63,035 bases of DNA, filler included, from Dugesia japonica (GCA_001938525.1; 6 parts of 6 records of this genome joined end to end with filler, not necessarily neighbours in it); one strand, 5' to 3'; numbered from the whole stretch's first letter, positions 36,230 to 49,990 are shown. Notes: generated by a model from the sequence alone, not told the origin. A program made the numbers and translations.

Positions 36230-37669
36230 TCAAATAATAATATAAGGAGCATCTTCTTTTGATTTATCAATGCTGTGTGGCACAGTAAGTACATTGTTTA
36301 AGTTATTCTCATTTTTGCTTCCATACATAGAAGTACTAATTCCTATTTTATCTTTGTACATATTATAAAAATTGTTCATGGCATTTTCCCAATCAGTTTG
36401 GCTTGATGATTTAACATTTAACTCCGGTATATCATTTCTGTGATAATGATTACATTTTATTTTATGGATAATATTCTTTTTTAGAATTTCAATAACATAA
36501 ATTTTTAAAGGCTTGACATTTTCTATTAAGTCTCCAAAATAATCAACTAAAATCGTAGGATTAGTTATAAGAAAATGTGTTATCCAACGAGTGTTAAGCA
36601 ATACAGATATTAGCACTTCTAATAATTTCTCTTGTGTTTGATTATGGCGTAAACTCACGGCTCGATAAAACACTCCAAGCATTAGACTTATACAACAATC
36701 TTGGTCAAATAAAACTTTCAGCATTCGATCGCTTGATGATGTAACCATATTTTTCCGGTGAATATAATTTATATCAAAAGCTGATCTACATGGACCATAG
36801 AAAAACAAAGACTTTTGTATAACTCGAATACATCGAATTATTTGACATGCTAATCGCAAATCTTTGTCAAAATAGAATAGAAATCTTAACATTCGTCGAG
36901 GTATAGATATCCAGTCTTCAAAATCGATACCATTATAGGTACATTGAACCTTTTCATACTCCATTAAACTAAAATTATCAGATGAAGAATTTGTCATTGC
37001 ATAAATCAGGTTGGTTAACCTTATATTTGCTTTTACGGACATTTGGGCTATACAGTAATCTAAGAAATCCTTGTATTCAAAACAAAACATTCTATAAGCT
37101 CGTCTATAAGGTAATACAAACCCTTTATGTGCATTCCATCCAGCTCTTAATAAATACTTAATACATTCAAAAGATTCTCTTCTAAATAATACGCAAAATG
37201 GGAATATAACATGTAAGTCACTGCAAATTGGATTTCTTTCATAAACATTGGCTGCATAAAGTTGTTGATTTGGATTAACAAGAGATTCATTTTCATCTGT
37301 TTTAAATTCTAGAATTTTTTTGACTAAATAATGTCGATTCATGTAAATAGCTAACCCCAGTGGAGTTAAATATAAGACAGTTCTTTTGTGAAACATGGGG
37401 TCACCCATTCCTTTATCTGGGCAATCAGGAAATTGAATATACGTTTGTGTAAAATAATCGGGATTACTAATCGCCACTCTCCAGATTCTATCCCAACTAT
37501 TGGATCTTACCATATTTATTAACCATTGTGTTTCTGCGTGACCAAATGCAAAATAAGGAGGAACTGTAAATTTATTGTTTTTCATACTAAAAACAGGTGG
37601 ATCTGGAATAGGGCCAGTCATTCCATTTGCAAAGAATTTACTCTTAAAAAGCATATTACCATCTAACAT
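36230..37669 (-). CDS. Single-exon 479-aa protein with divergent ankyrin-like repeats and a possible degenerate SOCS/BC-box
   Basis: Intact long ORF in very AT-rich DNA; LTPLGLAIYMNRHYLVKKILE and FECIKYLLRAG are ankyrin-like; VKPLKIYVIEILKKNI is weakly BC-box-like. Confidence 0.7.
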   Translation of the reverse strand: MLDGNMLFKSKFFANGMTGPIPDPPVFSMKNNKFTVPPYFAFGHAETQWLINMVRSNSWDRIWRVAISNPDYFTQTYIQFPDCPDKGMGDPMFHKRTVLYLTPLGLAIYMNRHYLVKKILEFKTDENESLVNPNQQLYAANVYERNPICSDLHVIFPFCVLFRRESFECIKYLLRAGWNAHKGFVLPYRRAYRMFCFEYKDFLDYCIAQMSVKANIRLTNLIYAMTNSSSDNFSLMEYEKVQCTYNGIDFEDWISIPRRMLRFLFYFDKDLRLACQIIRCIRVIQKSLFFYGPCRSAFDINYIHRKNMVTSSSDRMLKVLFDQDCCISLMLGVFYRAVSLRHNQTQEKLLEVLISVLLNTRWITHFLITNPTILVDYFGDLIENVKPLKIYVIEILKKNIIHKIKCNHYHRNDIPELNVKSSSQTDWENAMNNFYNMYKDKIGISTSMYGSKNENNLNNVLTVPHSIDKSKEDAPYIII

Positions 37670-39258
37670 GATTTATTTTTATATTATTTCTTTATCTTCA
37701 ATAAAGAAATTTCATATTAAAAATTCAATTATAATTTTAATGATTTCTAATTATATTTTGTCATTATAATTTTATATTAGAAAACAAGTCAAATATTACT
37801 ACTTATACTTTAGTGTTTATTATTTATAAATTACTGTTACTTCCATCTATTATGTTTTATTACAAAATTGAGAAAATATAGCCAATTGTTTTATTTTTGA
37901 CGAAAAAAATTCAAATAAATTTTTATGTTTGAATTATTCCATTAAATGAATTTTTTGAATAATTTTATCCAGTCCTTCATTTCAAAATTTTTATTAAGTC
38001 TTGTCAATTTTTTGTTTTAATTTTTTTTAGTTTAGAATAGTAATTTTTTAAAACTCAAAAACTTGATTTAAATTTTTTCTGAAAACTTCAACTTCAACGA
38101 AATTTAAACAATTAATCATCTAAGACAGTCCAACCCGTGTGACCAGCCAAAATCAATGAAAATCCTGGTTGATTAGTTGTTATTTTCTTATTACCATACG
38201 CATAAAACACAATTTAAGACGCTAAACATAAAATATAGGCTAGTAACAATTTTCTATAGTCGCTTTGTTCTAAAGGAGGAATTCGGGTCCATTCACAGCC
38301 TAGCTTTGAATTAACTTGCAGGTGTATGATATGATATTAAATGCGTTCGATAGTTTAGTAGTGATGCTTTTTAGCAGCTTCTTGATGAAGAGTCTATTAA
38401 CGTTATGTTCATCATGCAGCAAGGTTTACTGAATCAAAACTTTGACCTAGTGTCGGCCACAATAAAGACCGGGTGGAGATAGAGTTTGGGAAATCGGATA
38501 AAAATAAATGAGTTTCTTAAAGAAAGATTCGTTACCAGAGATCCAATCGATTTTATCAATTTTTTTCAACTAGGTTCTGCCAGGAACAGAAATGAAGCAT
38601 GAAGTCTGCCAAATAATTAACCCATGGTATAAAACAGTTCAACAGTACTTATCAAAGGGTTAATCTAATGGGAATAAAAATAAACAATATTAACAAAAGC
38701 CCAATTTTCTATAATTAAACAGACAAAATTATCCAAAATTTATAAATTTAATTTTTAAAAATTAAAGGAATAATTAATAAAATAACAGGTTAAATTATTA
38801 AATTAGATGATTTTAGAGTGATATTTAAAATAAAATTTAAAAAATAGTTCAAGTACAAAAATGATTAATTTAATAATTAAAATCCTTTATTAAAAATTTG
38901 AAACATTAATTATGATAAAAAATGAAACTAGAAAATTCCCTAAAATCTTTAGAAATTTACTAATATTTTATTGATTCATTAAAAATCATATTTAAATTAT
39001 CTATCAAGAAAAGTCAATCTATCTAGTTGCGAAATCAATATATTCTTTTACAAATTTAGGTCTATCCTCAGTGAGTCCATTTAATATAGTTTTGATAACT
39101 TCAAAAAGCTTATTAATGAAAATATGAGCAAAAAATATTATTGTTAAAATAATATAATTTTAATTCCAGTAGCTTATTGTGATATCTGTTTTAATAATAT
39201 TAATTATTAAGTGTAGTTTTCAAATAAAATTTTAGTAACTTCATTACTTATCAATAAA

Positions 39259-42200
39259 ATGGTTCACGATTATTGCTGGAAGAATTTATCAACTAGTTAA
39301 ATGAAATTAACAATAGGAGAAAATATTTCTTTTCATATTACTGAATTCGAAAAATTTGCCGAAGAACAAAAAAGGGAATCTAATATAACATTGAGAGAAG
39401 TTATTGAAAAGTTTGGAAGAAGAAGTAATTTTCGAACTCCAATAAATTCCAGATTTTAAATGCAATAAATCAAATTACGAATAGCTTAAGACAAAGTTAA
39501 TTGAATTATATCAGATCAAGTCAACCAAGATAACTCTAATAATTAATATTTTATCGTTAAAGCAGGAAGATGTGACTCGTAGACAGTATCTAACTGCCGT
39601 CAGAGTTGCTAGAATTTGTGAAATGCCAGACTATGATGATTTTGATACAGAAAATTCACTTGTCAATATTTTTGAAAGGGGTAAATACTCGTTTGGTAGT
39701 GAGAGCCACAGAAATTATGAAATAAAAATCTCTTGGAGAAACTTTTCATTTCATGAAAAAAAGAAGATAAATTTCGATACAATGATAAATTGCGAATTAT
39801 TAGCAATGGCGTCTGTTTTGAGAACTCGGATTATCAACATCAAAATTCAACTCCATAACATTTATTAAAAAAAAACTATAACCATTATTCTTTGTTTATT
39901 CAAACAAAATAAAACTTCATGCTCTAATCGGAAATTTTTTTCACAAATTTAAAAATTTAGATTTAAACTGGATTTAAATTAATTTGAAAATTTACAGAAA
40001 ATAATTATTTTTTAATAACACCCTAAAAAATTTTCACAAAAAATAATCATTTATTAATGGAAATTTTCATAAAATTTTTTAAACAAAAAATGATCATTTG
40101 TTACTAACTTATTCTTTTAAAATTTACACAAAATTTTAAAACAAAAAAATTATCATTTGTTAAAAAAAATTTTCATAAAATTTTAAAAAAAATGATCATT
40201 TGTTAATAACTTATTCTTTAAAATTTTCACAAAAACTTTCATTAAATTTTCAAAACAAAATCACCTGCTATTAAATTAACATTTTAAAAATCTTCTGAAC
40301 TTTCAAAACAAAATTGTCATTTGCAAAAATTTTAATTTAATTTAATTTCTTAATAAAATTGTGATTTTGATATTTTTAAAAAAAGATTTTTAAAAACACA
40401 ATTTCCAACCATAGAACAAAAATTTTAAATCGCTTTTAAATTACTCACAACGTCAACACGAAAAAATTGCAAGAAAAGGAAATTTTAAAACGGAGAATAA
40501 TTGAGCTTGAAAATCGTGTAAAGTAATTGAAAATAAACCATGATACATATTCTCAAAATTATCCAGTTCAAAAGATCAAATAAGAAATAAAATGTTATAA
40601 TTACAATGGGAAAAGTCATATTGCTTGGAATTGTAACAATTGCTATGCAGGAATTTTAAAAAATCCGGACATATAATGTTTTGTCACTCAGAAGAAAGAA
40701 GCTTTTTGAAGATTCAACGAAACGAATGACAATTCGAATATTGGATATGATAAAACCAGTTGTGATTATAAAAAGGAATCTAAAGATAATAATGAATTGT
40801 TCAAAATTGTTTCCAAAGAAAGAAAATCTAAAAGAAAAAAGGAAACAAAAAGAAATACCAATTATCCAGGCGACATTGTTAAGTTGGACGAGTACATTCT
40901 TGGTTTAAGACACAAATTTCCAATTCACAAAGGAAAAAGAACAATGGTATCAGATACAAGAAGCAAACCCGGAGCAAACAAACAAATTATCAAAGGCAAA
41001 GTAGAACAAGAATAAGAGAACATTTTAATAAATTAAAGAGCAAAGTCCAGCATTGTAAATTTCAAACTGTTTAAATTATATAAGAAAAAGAAAAGGTCAA
41101 GCTGTTTCGATCAAATAAGGCGTTAATATGTTCAAATGACTCACCGATTAAGGTAATTGTATATTCTTTTATAAGTGTAACTATAGGAAATAAAACTAAT
41201 AGAATTTAGATTATTATTGTAGATAAATTGATCCCAAAAGTCATAACAGAAATAAGAGATATGGAAAAATGAACATCTCGATTTTACCAAAAATAAACTG
41301 TGTAACTGTAGATGAAATAAAAGGTCCTTTTATATCCAAAATAAGAAAACTATCGTAAAACTAAAAAGCACTGTATCCAAGTGTCTAGATAATAGTTCAA
41401 AAAGTGTGAAAGGGGCTCAAATGTGTACATTAAAAGTTAAACCGACTAGATTATCATAGAGCTTGAACAAAACGTAAATATACGCGAGAGTTCAAGTCTT
41501 TACCTATTATGGTTATTCAAAAGAAATTTTGAAACATTAAGTTATGTATAGACTATAGAAAATTAAACTCATTTACTTACAGACCTATAACTTTTCCTGT
41601 TAACCAGACATTGTTCGATTCACTTGCGATATCAAGATTCTTTAGTGCACTTGATATATCTAGTTGCTATTTCAATGTAGAAATAAGTGACAAAGACAGA
41701 GAAAAATTAGCTTTTGCTACACGAAACGATCAGCATAAATTTAATCGCATGCCTTTTAGACTGCGTGGAGGACTAGTGACTTTTAAAAGATTAATTTATT
41801 TGGTTCTCAGAGAAGACAATTTCAATAAATGCTTAATATATCTCAATGATATTTTAATTTTCGATAAAATAAAAGAAGAACACAATGAAAGACTGAAAAC
41901 GGTGTTAGATAAGATACAACAGTCAATAGGGTTTGCCAAAAACCGGATTTTAAAAAAATCGCGGTTTTCGGTATTTTTCGGTTTTTTATTAAGATTGATG
42001 GAAATTTCTTTTTACTAAATTTAGATTGCGGTTTTCATCAATTTATGATATTTCCAGAAAACTGAAGCGCTTAAAGAGTTATCAACAATTATACAAAAAC
42101 TACTGGAAACACCGAAAACTCTTTCAACATTAGTTGATGTTGGCTTGATACATAACAATACTTCATATAAGTTTTAAGTACGTTTACCGCTATTTTTAAA

Positions 42201-43322
42201 TAGTAAAAACTCTTATTTAAACCATTTAAACTCTCCTGGTACTGCTGTTGATGATGCTTTAAGCTGTGAAGATTTTTGCAGCAGCATATTTAGTTTATCA
42301 CGGAATAATAATTCCTCAATTTGATTCGAATTGAGTTGAGATGATTTTTTATCTTCAGCATGTCCATGTTCAGCTAATAATGTGTTGAAAAGATGAGAAA
42401 CAGCTGCCGGCATACGCTATCGTAGCTTTTGATTGAGATTAATGGTTATCCGAGCAGTTAATAAAGTTGTATTTTCACAACTTAATACTTCAAATGCCAG
42501 TTTAATAGGTTCTAAAGAATCTTTTAAGGTTTCCAAAAATTAAAAATTCAACTTGTTGATGAGTTCAAGTTCATTCAATATCTCAGAAAATGATGAGCTT
42601 AGTTTTGAGAAGATATGCTATCATGTCAATAATGGTATTTCCTCTAGATTTTGACCTCCAACTGTAGCTCTAGTTTCGAGGTTTTAAAACTCTATTATTA
42701 AATTTACTTGAAAAGTGATCAACGAATAATCTGAAAGAAATGTTCAAAATTCAAAATCGGTTATAAAAAGCTGTAATTTAGGTTTTTCATTTTTGCAAAA
42801 AAACCTCGGTTTTCAGAATTCGTTTAACCAGGATGACAAACCCCAGCAGTTGGTGGTAAAGTCATTTTCCAAGAAAACGTCTTTTGAAAACGTCAGTAAA
42901 ATATCTGTGTCACATAATATCAAGCGAAGGAGTAACAATTGATTCAGAAAAAATTAGTGCGTTTAAAAGTTTGAGTTTTCCTAGTAATAATGAAAAATTA
43001 TCATATTTTCTAGGATTTTGCAATTATTATAGAAGATTTATTTGGAGATAAGCTAAAATTGTTAAACCTGTAGAAGATTTGTAAAGAGATGCGAACATCA
43101 CGAAAAAAGGAAAAGAGGTAGATTTAACATGGGAAGAATTTCATAAGGAATCTTTCGAAAGTTGAAAACATGCTCTCACAAGCGCACCAGTTTGATAGTT
43201 CCCAAATAGGAATGATATTTTTGTATTGGATACAGATGCTATCATTTTGACAAGGGAGCAGATTTAAATCAAATTCAAGAAAACGAAGAAAAACTAATAT
43301 GCTATGGATCTATGCTATTATA
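39259..43322 (+). mobile_element. Degenerate Gypsy gag-pol with nested insertions
   Basis: Gag-like fragments and a knuckle remnant (~40590-40650); LCIDYRKLN, FSALDISSCYF, FNRMPF, CLIYLNDILI (RT); FLGFCNYYRRFI and FVLDTDA (RNase H). Confidence 0.85.
41927..42845 (-). mobile_element. Internally deleted hAT transposon inserted in Gypsy RT
   Basis: Imperfect TIRs TAGGGTTTGCCA / TGACAAACCCCA; flanks ACAGTCAA / GCAGTTGG (degenerate 8-bp TSD); minus-strand FLETLKDSLEPIKLAFEVLSCENTTLLTA. RT homology resumes after it. Confidence 0.75.
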
Positions 43323-43364
43323 AGTAGATGGATAGTGGGACTCAACCTCTGCACACATGCAGTA

Positions 43365-43464
43365 NNNNNNNNNNNNNNNNNNNNNNNNNNNNNNNNNNNN
43401 NNNNNNNNTTAATTAATTAANNNNNNNNNNNNNNNNNNNNNNNNNNNNNNNNNNNNNNNNNNNN
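43365..43464. other. Artificial scaffold-joining spacer
   Basis: 44 N + TTAATTAATTAA + 44 N. Confidence 0.97.
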
Positions 43465-43659
43465 AAGAAAAAATCGACAAGTGATATCAAATGATTCAAG
43501 TGAAACCATGTTTAATTTAACAAATTCGATTTTCAGAAGTACATCATATTAAAAAAAATTCAATTTCACTCTTGTTTTTTACATTAAATAGATAATAGTT
43601 AAATAAACCAAATTTCAAAAAAATTAACTAAATTTTATTTTTTAAACATTAACTGGTAT

Positions 43660-44087
43660 TCAGTGTTCCTTGTCAAGAAAATATCGTAAGCCACAATAAC
43701 CACAGATGTGATTTCCAGGTTTATCCTAAAATAATTTTTAAAAAATTCCATACTGTGAAATAATTTACTAAATTTATATAAACTTTAGGATGACCCAATG
43801 CTTCGTGACCACCGTTACAAGATACTACCTTAGTTTTCGAAGCTATTGGAGGAACTTCATCAATTAGTTTAATAGCAAATTGCTTATTAACCAATTTTGT
43901 CTTGTCTATAAATCGAACATTTCGAAAATCGTCAGGTTCAAATTTCTACATTTAACTTATTTATTAAACTTTTATTAATATAAACTTGTCCTGTATGTGT
44001 AATTTCATCAGATTTCAATCGTACTAATATGTTTTGGTTGAAAATTCTAAATGAATTCGCTATGGGGCTTAATCTAATTTTGTTCAT
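43660..44087 (-). CDS. NDUFS6: NADH:ubiquinone oxidoreductase subunit S6 (zf-CHCC), 114 aa; exons 44087-43986, 43945-43769, 43725-43660
   Basis: Spliced translation MNKIRLSPIANSFRIF...EITHTGQ|KFEPDDFRNVRFIDKTKLVNKQFAIKLIDEVPP...VSCNGGHEALGHPKVYINL|DKPGNHICGYCGLRY; 40- and 43-nt GT-AG introns. Confidence 0.95.
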
Positions 44088-44649
44088 ATAAATAACTTTG
44101 TTTATAATCTAAAAATCAGAAATTATTTTTTATAATAAAAATTAATAAATCAAAATAGTATTATAAACAAAAAGATTTTAAGAAATAAAATAAAACAACC
44201 TTNNNNNNNNNNNNNNNNNNNNNNNNNNNNNNNNNNNNNNNNNNNNNNNNNNNNNNNNNNNNNNNNNNNNNNNNNNNNNNNNNNNNNNNNNNNATAGTTG
44301 ATATCATATTCAGTTAATAAGTGTTTTAAAAAATTTCCTTGTATTGTTTCTTTCAAAAAATACAATTATATAAAGGCTCATAAGTATAATTGTTTTTAAG
44401 AATAACTATTTTGTCTTGTTAAACAATTAGAACGGATGCAAATGTCTAACAGAGATTAGCATAGAAATAAGATTATCAAACTCATTGCTTTTATGGTTAA
44501 GCCTAAATAGACTTATCTAGATAGAAAATTGAATTCTGTAAACTTACAGAAAAACTGTTTCTAATAAAATTTCTCAGCTAAAAATCATTTGCAATTAATC
44601 CTAAAATAAATGTAGACTAAATGCAGAAATTAACAGAAAATTGTAAGAA

Positions 44650-46553
44650 AAAAATTATCAAATCCTGATTGATTCTCTTACAAGTATTTGTAACACGTAT
44701 CTGCATCTTTCACTTCCTCATTCATCTTTCTCCAAATTTTCCCTTTTGTGCGCTGCNNNNNNNNNNNNNNNNNNNNNNNNNNNNNNNNNNNNNNNNNNNN
44801 NNNNNNNNNNNNNNGGTATGCAGTTGTGTCTTTCGACCAAATACGATTTGGAAATGAAAAGGTTTTGTTGACTCTTGTATAATAAAATCTACTCTCGGTA
44901 ATAATGTTTCCCAATCTCTCTAATTACATTTCTCTTTTATTGATATCGTAATCATGTTTCTCAATGTTCGGATCAACCATTCTACCAAAATATTTGACTG
45001 GTGTTGATACGGGAAACTTTATAATTTAAAATTTTTCTTGTTTCTTTGCCATCTCTTAACTTTCAAGCACTTTACCTCTGTTTTTCAGAACGGATTTTGA
45101 TTTATCAAAGTGGTATATCAATTTGTTCAAAATTATCATAAAAAATCGTCTGTTCATCCATTTGAAATTGTAGAAAAGCTGACTAAATTGCTAAAACGAT
45201 CAATAATTACCACTATATATATCTTTCCAGACTTTTTCTGTTTCATATGAGCTATATCCATCATGATTTGTTCAAAAATACTTTGACTTCTCCATAGTTT
45301 AAGTTTTTCTTTTGTACAAATTTGTACTAATTTACTTTTGGCAAACATCTCGCATTTATCAATACTTTTATTAATTGTCTCGCGCATCCATGGCCAGAAA
45401 AAAACCATCTTGCACGTATGAAAATAACGTTTTCTTTCCCACATGATATAAATATTCATGAATTTCTTTTATCACTTTATCAACTATGCTTGTCGGAACC
45501 ACTAGCAAAAATTTATTTCCTCTTTCCACTACTAACAGATCATCTATTATTTTCAATTCGTGCTTCAGTTTGTTTTATTAGCTTCCTTGTTCACTATTTT
45601 TAGTCACTAAATATTATTCTGGCAACATTGCTACACAGCTTTGTATTTCTGAATCTTCTATCTGAGTCTGTCGAATAATTGTAATTATATAGACCTTATG
45701 TTGAGTTCAATTGATATGTTTCACTCTGGCCTTTTCTCCTTTGGAGTCTATGTGCTTCATGCTACACTGTGAACATAAACTCTCCTTTACCCTTCGCAAC
45801 CCCTACGCATTATTGTGTTCTACGCATTTTCTATACTTGAGTTTAAAATCATACTCTCCCAAATTTGCTAATCTCGTTTGGAATTGTGAACTGATAGGTT
45901 TCTTGTGCTGTTTAGAAACACCAATGCTTTGTGGTCAGTTCTCACTATAAATCTCTTTCCATAAAGATATTGTTTGAAGTGTTGTACAAATTCGTGTAAA
46001 GCTAGTAATTCTTTCCTTGTCACACAGAATCATTTTTCATGAGCTGTCAAATGTCTGGATCAATATGCTATTACCACTTCCTTTACCTCTTTGCATTGTA
46101 TAAGGACTGTGTCAATAGCCCCAAAACTAGCTTCAGTGTCTAAAATAAACATCTGATCACCCCTTAGATATTCTAAGCACTACATTACTTATCTTTTAAC
46201 GCATTGAAACTGTGATGGCATGCTTTTGTTCAAACTAACAGTTTGTTGCAACCTGATGTAGCTTTATATAAAGAAGCTGCTATTTTTGCATCAACTTTTA
46301 TGAAACGCCAGTGATAGTTTGTTAATACTAGAAATGAATGAAGTTTTGAAAAACATTCTGGACCTATAGCATTCTTAATCTCCTGAATCTTAACTTTATT
46401 AGCGATTATACAGGTTGCACTCACTATATTTTCCAAGAACAACACTTCTTTCTGATAAAACTTACATTTCCCCAGGTTTATTCTCAATCCCGAGTCTCTG
46501 ATCCGGTCCTGAAAGAGGAATAGTGTTTCTAGAGAAATAGCTAGTGTCTCCAA
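44650..46553 (-). mobile_element. Degenerate Gypsy pol (RT C-terminus, RNase H, integrase)
   Basis: GLRINLGKCKFYQKEVLFL, SFLVLTNYHWRFIK, ILDTEASFGAI, VTRKELLAL, FEQIMMDIAH...VVIIDRFS. Confidence 0.88.
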
Positions 46554-46957
46554 ATTATAGTTTTTTTTAACTAAAATCTACATTATTTAGTACGAGGTGA
46601 CCTTGCGTTTAATATAACCTGCGCTTCCGAATAGCTCTTATAGGCTATATAAATACCTTTTGAAATTTTATAAATGATTTTTAAAATTTTAGCTAGTTAT
46701 ATTTTTTATTAAATGACTCCAGCAAAATCCGTTACTTTTTTACATGGTGCGTTGAATTTTGAACATTTGACGTTATTTTCAAGACATGTGGCAATAATTT
46801 TAATGATAGGCGACATTAATCTTTAGGGAAATGACTTCAATAGCTGGGAAATTCTTTTATATTAAAAATTTTACGTTGAATTATTTAATTATATCTTTTT
46901 TCAAAAATTTATTTAATCATTATTTATTATATTATAACAGCAATAAACTCTAGACAG

Positions 46958-48479
46958 TCATTCAGTATGCAAGTAATTTTCAATTTCTTTTATTGCTTGA
47001 TTTGTTGTATCTTCATCAGTTGAACCTAAATCGATATAACTATCTAAATAATGTTGAAACCAATTTTGAATTTGCACATGAAGTGTTTCATCAACACTCC
47101 ATGAATTAGTACAAAAATATTTTAATAGTATCGAAATATGATCAGGCTCACGAAGTCGATCAAAGAGAAAATTATGAATCAGATTCATACAAAAATATGA
47201 ATGATCCCAATCAACAATACCTCTATTATAAAGTACTGCCATCAAATTCTCTAAATAAACATTTTCACTCTTTGCTATATGAAATTGTTCAAATGGAACA
47301 CCTTCATTCCAAGCTTGAGTTAACTGTTTCCATTGATCAAGATCTTTTAGTAATGTGTCAAATTGGTTTCTAACGAAATTGCCGCTGCAGTCATCATTAA
47401 TAATATCGTAAAAGCCTTGAACCAACAACTTATTGATAATTTCCAAAGGCATACTAAGCTCAAACATCGATACAATCATTGGTTTAATATGCTGTTCTAA
47501 ATTAGACTTATAATCAGAACTCTTCCAAAAAACCATACTATTAAAATTATCGACCAAAAAGTTTTGTATAACATACGAAAATCCTAACATAGTCACTGGA
47601 ATTTTATCCAAAACCTCAATTTTTAACCAGGCCGAATGAATGTTTTTATAATAAAGTTGAAATATATACTGCAATTGGGTTATAATAGGATGAACGCATT
47701 GCAAAGAAAATGCGGGAGAGCATTTTAAACTGATTTGGTATAATAATTTTCTTAAATGAAATGAATCAACGTAAAGAGACATTGGCAATTCTAAACAATC
47801 CAAAAGTGTTTTCATAACATTTAATAAATTAATTGAAGACTGCGATTGCACTAATTTTTGAGCGCAGCCTTCTAAACAAATATATAACAAAAAGCTTTGG
47901 ACTTCATATCGAAGTGTTAAAATAGTTTTATAAGGAAAGGCAAATTGGGTTAATACCACTTCATCCCATTGTTTTGATAAAAATATATAGTCATCATATA
48001 TTTCCTTTAAACGTTTCGGGAAATCGTAAGGTTTTATATAAAACCTATTATCCGATATGAGGAATTTTATTATTTTACCGATTTTTTCATAATTAAATTT
48101 ATCTCTAATTTCCAATAATGTTAAACACATATCGGTATACAATTCCTTTAATCCATTATTGTCTGAAACATCGTAATAATACTTGGAATTATTAGTAAGC
48201 CAATTCGTAATGTGAGTAATATCTATATCCATAGCATTTAGGAAATAATGTTTTATACTATTTTTAGCTTCGTCCCAAAAGTCAATATGTTCTTCCAAAT
48301 TTATTAAATTCAAATGTTTATTAGCAGCAGTAACTGAATTTTGTTTAATACGAGACATCAATACTTTAATCAATAACAAATATTTGGAAGAAAAACAATA
48401 TATTAAAAGAAAGACCATCAATTATTCGATGAAGTTTCTGATAGTTCAATAGGAGGAATACTTTGAAGTTCATTACTAC
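46958..48479 (-). CDS. Large terminal exon (~506 codons) of an unidentified, probably alpha-helical protein
   Basis: The open frame extends from a TTTCAG acceptor at 48480 to TGA at 46958; no recognisable motif; upstream exons not located. Confidence 0.7.
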
Positions 48480-48624
48480 CTGAAATTATAAAATATTAAT
48501 ATGTTGAATGTTGAAAGTATATTCTTTCATTTCAAAAGGAAAAATATATTGTTTAAGTTAATTAATCGAGAGTTTATCGAAATAATATACTATTTTGAAA
48601 CAGAGTTTTGTTCTCAAATAGCTG

Positions 48625-49110
48625 ATGCAACCTTATACATCTGAAATTAATAGATTCGGAGAAAGTATCGAGAGCATTTTGAAAGACGCTTACAAAAAAA
48701 TTACACAAGGCTTGAAACAATGTTTTCCTACAGATCAATCACTTCATTTTACAATATCTTTTGCAATGTTGTTAGATTCACAATTTAAAAGACCCTCTTT
48801 TCTCAATTAAATGCAAACATTGATGAATAATTTTTAAGATCACATANNNNNNAAATAAAACCTGTCATTTTTCAGTGGATTAAAACGAAACAATCTTAGT
48901 TATTGATAATCCTGTGAATAAAAAATGAAAATGGGTGCAAGAAATGAGTTTTTATTAAAGCAGTGTACCATATCTAACTTTACTGAAGACAGCAAAGATA
49001 GATCTCATCTTAGTACTAATCAGCTTTCTCAGTATAGTTTAGATACGATAGCTAAAAATCTCAATAAATTGTTTTGTTTTAACACATTGGGCACCGTGTG
49101 AATCACGTAT
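48625..49110 (+). mobile_element. hAT transposase C-terminal remnant
   Basis: FAMLLDSQFK (cf. ATLLDPRFK) and a downstream APCE (cf. SVPCER). Confidence 0.5.
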
Positions 49111-49489
49111 GATTCACAGTAGATTTGTAGTAGGGGGTTCCATGAAAGAAATAATTAAACACAAAAAATAAATCAAAATAAATGTAATATTATTTTTAAC
49201 TTTATTTTAAGTTACTAAAAAGTAAAAATAGGGTGGTGGTTGTGGGAGTGAAGCAATTTCATAATATTGAAGCACTCAATATGTTTAAAAAATGGTTAAT
49301 GTACGATAAAACTGGGAAATTAAAATAATTAGTTATTTGAATGTAATCAAAAAATTGTATTTTTATTAAGTAGTTTGTCCACAAATCTTAATATTTGTCT
49401 AGAATTTTTCACTTGAGTAGAAAGATGGGAGCGCACTGGATCACTCCATTCCCCGGATAGAAATTCTTTTGCATAACTAAATCATCACT

Positions 49490-49990
49490 CCTCGCCAAAT
49501 GTTGTCTCGTAACTTGTTAAAACTATCCATACTCACATTGTTTCGTGCTCTGTTGTCCAAAAGGCACTCAAACCTTTCTCCATTTATCAATACTATCCTA
49601 CTAGGTCTTCGTTGCAACTTATAATACGAACTTCTAAATATCTATACCACTTTAACGGTTTCAATTCTTTCGATTTCTTCATAAAACATATCAATTTAGG
49701 GACTTGTACATTCTCTCGCTTACTCTTCCCACATTTTCCAAATTTCCGCCACATGTGGATATCCCATCACATCGTTTGTTAGTAAACGGCTCCAATCAAT
49801 TATTCTACTGGTTGTAGCTCTGTTGTTTGGGTACATACTATCAATATACTTTTTAGTTAAAGAATTCATTATTATCAAACAAGCTGTTCACTTTTTCGAT
49901 ATCTTCGTCTAAAATTCATTAAATATTCTTAAGTTTTGACTACTCCTCTTTCATTTTCAAATGACATTTATAGCCTGGTTTGAAATCTAT
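49490..49990 (-). mobile_element. Gypsy gag/protease remnant
   Basis: YYKLQRRPSRIVLINGERFECLLDNRARNNVSMDSFNKLRD, homologous to the 27988 ORF (YHKLQGRPS...CLLDTGARINVMSLSCFNKLRE). Confidence 0.8.

Noticed and set aside
15860-48479. Functional gene cluster (hnRNP L, PAN, HR1, ankyrin, NDUFS6)
   Set aside because: The genes lie on different scaffolds joined by artificial spacers.
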